Below are positions 58,641-64,000 of a stretch of 64,000 nucleotides of DNA, in pieces (position 1 is the stretch's first letter; every line of letters begins with the position of its first letter). The notes under the pieces were generated by a model. The model made no database searches and had not been told where the DNA came from. It saw only the letters and a program-made list of their open reading frames with translations. The DNA lies in contig CAWJWJ010000002.1 in the NCBI GenBank assembly GCA_963846575.1, forward strand, positions 2,208,001 through 2,272,000, read 5' to 3'. The position numbers were made by a program, and so were the translations under genes. Source of the DNA: an uncultured Nitrospiraceae bacterium. GTDB taxonomy: Bacteria > Nitrospirota > Nitrospiria > Nitrospirales > Nitrospiraceae.

Positions 58641-58688
58641 ACTGTTTCCCTCCTCTCTGTGAGCACCCCGAACCGATGGTCGAAGTGA

Positions 58689-60239
58689 TCACGGCCTCAG
58701 CGTCAGATAAATGGCCCGCCCCTGTCGCCGCAACAGAAGCAAGACCCCTTGGTCCTTCGGTAAGCTTGCGGCGACACGTTCGTAGGCCTTCAACGTGTTC
58801 ACCGATTTGCGGTTCACCTCCAACACGAGATCGCCTTCGCGGACGCCGGCCTCTTCTGCGGGACTGCCCTGTTTGACCCGGACCACCACCACACCATGGT
58901 CGCTGGATTTCAGCCCATATCGGCCTGCGAGTTCGTTGTTCAGCTCCTTGACCTCGATATCGGCGAGCAAGCCGGCGGGGGCCACGGATTCACCGCTTTC
59001 CTCCGCACCGGCTTGCGCCACATTCTTTGGCTGCTCGGCAATAGCCAGATCGATGGACTTTGCTTTCTTTTCACGGATGATTTTGACGGTGACCTTCTTC
59101 CCCACCGGAGTCTGCGCGACGGCATTGCGCAGGTGAGCGGGAGAGTCCATCGGTTTTCCGTCATATTCAACAATGACGTCGCCGCGCTCGAAGCCGGCCT
59201 TCTTGGCCGGACTGTCGTCCATCACATCGCTGACCAGCACACCCTTGGTGTCCTTCGGCACGCCGAACTGAGAAGACAATTCCACGGTCAGTTCCTGAAT
59301 CGAGACGCCCAACCACCCGCGGACAACTTTCCCATGCTGAGCCAGCTGCTCCATAATGGAGTGGGCCATATTGCTGGGAACCGCAAACCCGATCCCCATA
59401 TTCCCGCCGCTTTGGCTATAGATTGCGGTATTGATGCCCACCAATTCACCGCGGACATTGACCAGGGCTCCACCTGAATTGCCGGGATTGATCGCGGCAT
59501 CGGTTTGGATGAAGTCCTCGTATTCGGCGATGCCGGCCGACCGGCCCAGGGCGCTGACGATCCCGAGGGTCACCGTCTGGGTGAGACCGAATGGATTGCC
59601 AACCGCCAGCACAAATTCCCCGACCTCCAACTTGTCGGAATCCGCCCAGCTCACGGTGGGCAGACCGCTGGCTTCGATTTTCAGAACAGCCACGTCGGTC
59701 TTGGCATCCGTCCCGACCAGCTTCGCCTTGAATTCCCGCTTGTCGGACAGGAACACCTTAATTTCATCAGCCTTACTGACCACATGGTTGTTGGTGATGA
59801 TGAGGCCGTTGGGATCGACGATCACGCCAGACCCCATTCCCCGCTCCTTCCGTTCTTTCGGCGCCTCGAACCGCTTCATCCACTCCTCGCCGAAGAAGCG
59901 TCGGAAGAAGGGATCGTCGAACGGTGTGCCCTGAGTCCCTTCGCTGTTCCCGTTCCGGGTCGCGAAAATATTGACGACCGCGGGTTTGACGGTCTTGGCC
60001 ACGTCGACAAAACTTTGTCCGCCCGCACCAGGCAACGAGGGCTGAACCGCCGTGGCGACCGGTGTGGCGATAGGCGGAGGGCTGGGAGCCACTTCCGGGA
60101 CTGCATGGCCCGTGGGCAACCAGCCAAGATTCGAGCTGACCATGACGCCGATGACCACTCCCGTGATCAAGAGCACCAGCGGCACCATCCAGGAACGACG
60201 CGGCCCCTGCTCTCCGGTTGAAATGCGAAAATCATCCAT
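58689..60239 (-). CDS. DegQ/Do-family serine endoprotease with two PDZ domains
   Basis: TNNHV, TDVAVLK, AAINPGNSGG. Confidence 0.96.
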   Translation of the reverse strand: MDDFRISTGEQGPRRSWMVPLVLLITGVVIGVMVSSNLGWLPTGHAVPEVAPSPPPIATPVATAVQPSLPGAGGQSFVDVAKTVKPAVVNIFATRNGNSEGTQGTPFDDPFFRRFFGEEWMKRFEAPKERKERGMGSGVIVDPNGLIITNNHVVSKADEIKVFLSDKREFKAKLVGTDAKTDVAVLKIEASGLPTVSWADSDKLEVGEFVLAVGNPFGLTQTVTLGIVSALGRSAGIAEYEDFIQTDAAINPGNSGGALVNVRGELVGINTAIYSQSGGNMGIGFAVPSNMAHSIMEQLAQHGKVVRGWLGVSIQELTVELSSQFGVPKDTKGVLVSDVMDDSPAKKAGFERGDVIVEYDGKPMDSPAHLRNAVAQTPVGKKVTVKIIREKKAKSIDLAIAEQPKNVAQAGAEESGESVAPAGLLADIEVKELNNELAGRYGLKSSDHGVVVVRVKQGSPAEEAGVREGDLVLEVNRKSVNTLKAYERVAASLPKDQGVLLLLRRQGRAIYLTLRP

Positions 60240-60266
60240 AGTGATTCGTATCGGAAGCCGGGCCGG

Positions 60267-61190
60267 TTAAGCCTGCTCACCCGCGTACAGTCCCATAACG
60301 GCGTGGAGAAATTTGATGGCCTCAGCTTTCGGGCGTTGAAATGAATTGCGGCCGATGATCGAGCCGAATCCACCGCCGTCTCGAATGGCGCGCACTTCCT
60401 CAAACATCGTCTTGTCCTCGCTTTTCGCGCCGCCGGAGAAGATGACAATCCTGCGCCCGTCGAAAGAACTTTGCACGACATGTTTCACGCGTTCCGCCAA
60501 GGTCTTGATCGGGACCTGCTCGGCTTCGTACACCTTCTTCGCGGCCGCGAGCTCCAGATGCACCGTAGGCAATTTGACCTTGATAATGTGAGCCCCTAAC
60601 TGCGCCGCGATCTGGGCCGCATAGGCCACGACATCCATGGCCGTCTCGCCCTCCTTGCTGAGCGCGGATCCGCGCGGATAGGACCAGACGACGACGGCCA
60701 GACCACAGCTCTTCGCCTCTTCGGCGATGGCCCGCAGCTGCTCATACATCGGAGTGCAATGGGACGATCCCGGATAGATGGTGTATCCCACCGCCGAACA
60801 GCCCAGTCGTAACGCCTCCCGCACGCTGCCCGTCACAGAGGGCATGGGATCCTTCTCGTCGTGCAGCACATCATGATTGTTCAGTTTGAGGATCAGCGGA
60901 ATTCTTCCGGCGAAGTGACTCGCTCCCGCCTCGAGAAAGCCCAGCGGAGCGGCATAGGCGTTGCAGCCGGCGTCGATCGCCAGTTGAAAATGGTAGTGTG
61001 GATTGTATCCGGCCGAATTGGCTGCAAAACTCCTCGCCGGACCATGCTCGAAACCCTGATCCACCGGCAAAATGACCAACTTGCCCGTCCCCGCCAGTTT
61101 TCCAGAGTTCAGCAGGCGGGCAATGTTCGTTTTCGTTCCCGCATTATCACTTTCATACCAACTTAATATTTCCTGGACTCGATTGCTCAT
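60267..61190 (-). CDS. fbaB: Class I fructose-bisphosphate aldolase (DhnA/FbaB type)
   Basis: ILPVDQGFEHGP, WSYPRG, LGAHIIKVK, GSIIGRNSFQ. Confidence 0.93.
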   Translation of the reverse strand: MSNRVQEILSWYESDNAGTKTNIARLLNSGKLAGTGKLVILPVDQGFEHGPARSFAANSAGYNPHYHFQLAIDAGCNAYAAPLGFLEAGASHFAGRIPLILKLNNHDVLHDEKDPMPSVTGSVREALRLGCSAVGYTIYPGSSHCTPMYEQLRAIAEEAKSCGLAVVVWSYPRGSALSKEGETAMDVVAYAAQIAAQLGAHIIKVKLPTVHLELAAAKKVYEAEQVPIKTLAERVKHVVQSSFDGRRIVIFSGGAKSEDKTMFEEVRAIRDGGGFGSIIGRNSFQRPKAEAIKFLHAVMGLYAGEQA

Positions 61191-61226
61191 GATGAACCTC
61201 CCAACCAACCTCGGTCACATTAGTCG

Positions 61227-62231
61227 TTACACACGTCCTTGCATGCAGGCTTCCGCCATGCTGACATCCTCAACACTTCCGATGAGCAAAGGAACTCTCT
61301 GGTGAAGAGCCGTCGGCTCCACCTCTAGAATCCTGGCAGTTCCCGTGCTGGCCAAACCTCCGGCCTGTTCCACCACCATGGCGAGCGGGTTGCCTTCATA
61401 CAATAACCGCAACTTTCCCTCCGGCTTTTTCGTTTCACCGGGATACAGATAGATCCCTCCACCGAGCAGAATCCGATGCACATCGGCCACCAGACATCCG
61501 GAATAGCGGCCGCTGTAGGGCCGGCCCGTGGCGGCGTCCTGCACTTTGATATGGTCGACATACTGTTGCATGCCGGCCGGCCAACGGTGGTAGTTCCCTT
61601 CATTCGCCGCATACACCTTGCCCTTCTTGGGCATACGGATATCGTGATGCGACAACACATATTCTCCAATTGCAGGATCCAGTGTGAATCCATGCACGCC
61701 CTGGCCCAGGGTGAAGACCAGCATGGTGCTCGAGCCGAAGAGGAGATACCCCGCCGCCACCTGTTCCATGCCCTTCCGCAATAACTGAGGTTCAGCGGGA
61801 GGATGGGCACGGTCCTCGCACTTGTGAATGGAAAATATCGACCCGAGCGGCATGTTCACATCGGTGTTCGAAGAGCCGTCCAACGGGTCGAACAACAGCA
61901 TGTATTTCCCTTGCGGCCAATGCTGCGGAAGCGGAAATGCGTGCTCCATCTCCTCCGAAGCCAACAGGGATACCAGTTTGCACCGTTCGAACACCCGAAG
62001 AAAGGTGTCGTTCGCGAGCTCATCTAATTTCTTGACCACCTCGCCCTGGACGTTCGTCTCGCCCGTGGCCCCAAGGATATTGATGAGCCCGGCTCGCCGC
62101 AGGTCGTGCGCAAGGAGTTTTCCCACCAGCCCGATGTGGGTCAGCAACGAAATCCGGTCGCTGGTCTGTTCAGGCTGTCCAGTATGTTGTTCGGCAATGA
62201 ATCGGCTGAGAGTCGACGGAGCATTCCGCAT
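61227..62231 (-). CDS. fbp: Class 1 fructose-1,6-bisphosphatase
   Basis: NVQGE, FDPLDGSSN, GKLRLLYE. Confidence 0.96.
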   Translation of the reverse strand: MRNAPSTLSRFIAEQHTGQPEQTSDRISLLTHIGLVGKLLAHDLRRAGLINILGATGETNVQGEVVKKLDELANDTFLRVFERCKLVSLLASEEMEHAFPLPQHWPQGKYMLLFDPLDGSSNTDVNMPLGSIFSIHKCEDRAHPPAEPQLLRKGMEQVAAGYLLFGSSTMLVFTLGQGVHGFTLDPAIGEYVLSHHDIRMPKKGKVYAANEGNYHRWPAGMQQYVDHIKVQDAATGRPYSGRYSGCLVADVHRILLGGGIYLYPGETKKPEGKLRLLYEGNPLAMVVEQAGGLASTGTARILEVEPTALHQRVPLLIGSVEDVSMAEACMQGRV

Positions 62232-62368
62232 TGAGCTGTATCCTTTGCAGTGACACCACGCAGAGCCTGACACACGACTGCCCGATGAAGGGATCGGGCA
62301 GAGTCAGAAACTTGGCGCAAGTATAACGGTTTCTCTCAGTACGAGCAAACCAAAGCACGGGCAGAAAT

Positions 62369-63229
62369 CTACTGTCGTCCTCCGGAACCATAGCCCTGGT
62401 TCAGTTCCGCGACAATCGATCCCACAATGACCTTGGCCTTCATTTTGACCGGTATCCGGCGGTCGTCGGTCGTAAACCAGACACGAATATTACCTTCATT
62501 AAGGAAGATCCCCTGGAACGGCATCACCACCAGCACGCGCGCGGTCTCCCGCTTTCCCCAGGATCCTTTCAGTGTTTCAAACCCCTCGACCCGTACCGCC
62601 AACTTATAGTTCTTATTGTCGTGATGCACCGTCATCTCGAGCGACGCCCCCTGCACCAGCGGCAACACTTTGCGCACATAATACAGGCAGGAAATGGCGT
62701 CCTGCGTATCGGCAGGGATAGCCAACTCAGCCAGCTTTCCATCCTTCACCGCCGTCACGAGGCCCTCGCTGTGCCGGAACGTATAGTCAAAATCGTTGGA
62801 CCGTTTACCCTCCCTGCGGGCAAAGGTCATGTGCGTGGGGAGAAAGGGTTCGACATCGACCGTGGAGGTGACCCGGTTTTCAACCGGATAGATTTTGGTG
62901 ACGACGGGGCTCGATCGGGCGACGAGATTGAGCACGACTTGCGCCCGGCCATCGGGGGCCTGCTTCTCCTGGACCGACATGGTGGCGACCCCCGCGCGCA
63001 TGGCCAGCCACGTCAGATCGTAGGAAAGCTGCTCACCGCCGGCGAACGGGATCGGAGGGGGGACCTGCTCTCCCGGCGCTGTATCGGAACGCGACATCGA
63101 CGCGGAGAACAGATCAAGCAGGCAGATGGCCGCAACGAGGACGATGGCACGGATTGGGGCGTGAAGGACCGGCCCTTTAGGTGGACAGGACACGCCGGGC
63201 CTGCGCAAGTTCCGTTTCGATGGCGGCAC
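62369..63229 (-). CDS. DUF3108-domain protein
   Basis: GEQLSYDLTW...QDAISCLYYVR...VWFTTDDRRIPVKM; start uncertain. Confidence 0.8.
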   Translation of the reverse strand: MPPSKRNLRRPGVSCPPKGPVLHAPIRAIVLVAAICLLDLFSASMSRSDTAPGEQVPPPIPFAGGEQLSYDLTWLAMRAGVATMSVQEKQAPDGRAQVVLNLVARSSPVVTKIYPVENRVTSTVDVEPFLPTHMTFARREGKRSNDFDYTFRHSEGLVTAVKDGKLAELAIPADTQDAISCLYYVRKVLPLVQGASLEMTVHHDNKNYKLAVRVEGFETLKGSWGKRETARVLVVMPFQGIFLNEGNIRVWFTTDDRRIPVKMKAKVIVGSIVAELNQGYGSGGRQ

Positions 63230-64000
63230 GAATCACATCTAGACGGGCCGGCGAAGGGGCCTCAAAACGCAGGACCAGCGCGGGCTGGGTGTTGGACGCT
63301 CGAATGAGACCCCATCCGTCGTCGAAAATCGCCCGCACTCCATCGATCGTCACCAGTTCCCGCAATAGGAGGGTCGAGGCACCCACGGGCTGGCGGGCCT
63401 CCCGATAGGCAGTGAGTTGCGCTTTGACCTGCTCGACCAGTTGAAACTTCAGGGCGTCAGGGCAGTCAACACGAATCTCCGGGGTCACCGTCGTCTGAGG
63501 AAGGTCCGCGACCAGGCTGGATAACGACTGTTTCGTCTTCGCAAGGATTTCCACCAGGCGGCAGGAGGCATAGATGGCATCGTCAAAACCGAAATACCGA
63601 TCGGCAAAAAACATATGGCCGGACATTTCTCCCGCCAGCACCGCCGATTCCGCCTTCAGCTTGGATTTCATGAGTGAATGGCCGGTCTTCCACATGATGG
63701 GACGACCACCGCGCGCGGCAATGTCGTCGTAGAGACATTGCGAGGCCTTCACCTCTGAAATAAAGGTCGTCCCTGGCCGCTGCGCGAGAATATCCCGGGC
63801 GTAGACGATCATGAGGCGATCGCCCCACAGAATCTGCCCGCGCTCGTCGACCGCGCCGATGCGGTCGGCGTCTCCGTCGTAGCCGATCCCGACATCCGCC
63901 TTTTGGTCCTGAACGGTCGCAATCAAATCCTGCAGGTTTTCCACGACGGTGGGATCGGGATGATGGTTGGGGAATCGTCCATCCAGTTCGTCATAGAGGC
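63177..64000 (-). CDS. Phosphomannomutase/phosphoglucomutase (5' part outside the window)
   Basis: FPNHHPDP, DGDADR, GEMSGH, RASNTQP; frame continues to the window edge. Confidence 0.95.
   Translation of the reverse strand, partial: LYDELDGRFPNHHPDPTVVENLQDLIATVQDQKADVGIGYDGDADRIGAVDERGQILWGDRLMIVYARDILAQRPGTTFISEVKASQCLYDDIAARGGRPIMWKTGHSLMKSKLKAESAVLAGEMSGHMFFADRYFGFDDAIYASCRLVEILAKTKQSLSSLVADLPQTTVTPEIRVDCPDALKFQLVEQVKAQLTAYREARQPVGASTLLLRELVTIDGVRAIFDDGWGLIRASNTQPALVLRFEAPSPARLDVIRAAIETELAQARRVLST

Overview
Bacterial chromosomal window, most likely from a Nitrospira-like (Nitrospirota) genome; this is inferred from protein style, gene order and an intergenic repeat type, not from a search. 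Bases 1-~10.6 kb are visibly lower in GC and carry surface-polysaccharide export genes (Wzc-type copolymerase/kinase, an outer-membrane beta-barrel, two Wza-like proteins behind a sigma-54-type promoter), a LuxR regulator and a phosphonate biosynthesis pair (PEP mutase-nucleotidyltransferase fusion, phosphonopyruvate decarboxylase). Bases 11-31.6 kb are housekeeping genes (glgA, recO, mgtE, era, ftsB, eno, gatCAB with panD/DUF948/YtxH interleaved, glmU, glmS, tmk, holB, metG). About 20 kb between metG and tatD holds ftsH, a metal-homeostasis set (CDF, COG0523 GTPase, TonB-dependent receptor), aroG and a large cyclic beta-1,2-glucan synthase. The end of the window is housekeeping (tatD, NYN protein, amidase, truA, cysE, ispF, ispD, PIN/TRAM, DegQ, aldolase, FBPase, PMM). 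Best leads: (1) a His-rich secreted leader ORF ending in RAPP whose Pro-Pro codons are the anti-Shine-Dalgarno of the downstream TonB-dependent receptor, a candidate metal-sensing ribosome-arrest switch; (2) a ~400-nt structured RNA candidate between gatB and eno; (3) a phosphonate pathway next to EPS export genes that contain G9 tracts; (4) a low-GC mosaic patch inside metG. No rRNA, tRNA, CRISPR array or transposase was recognised.
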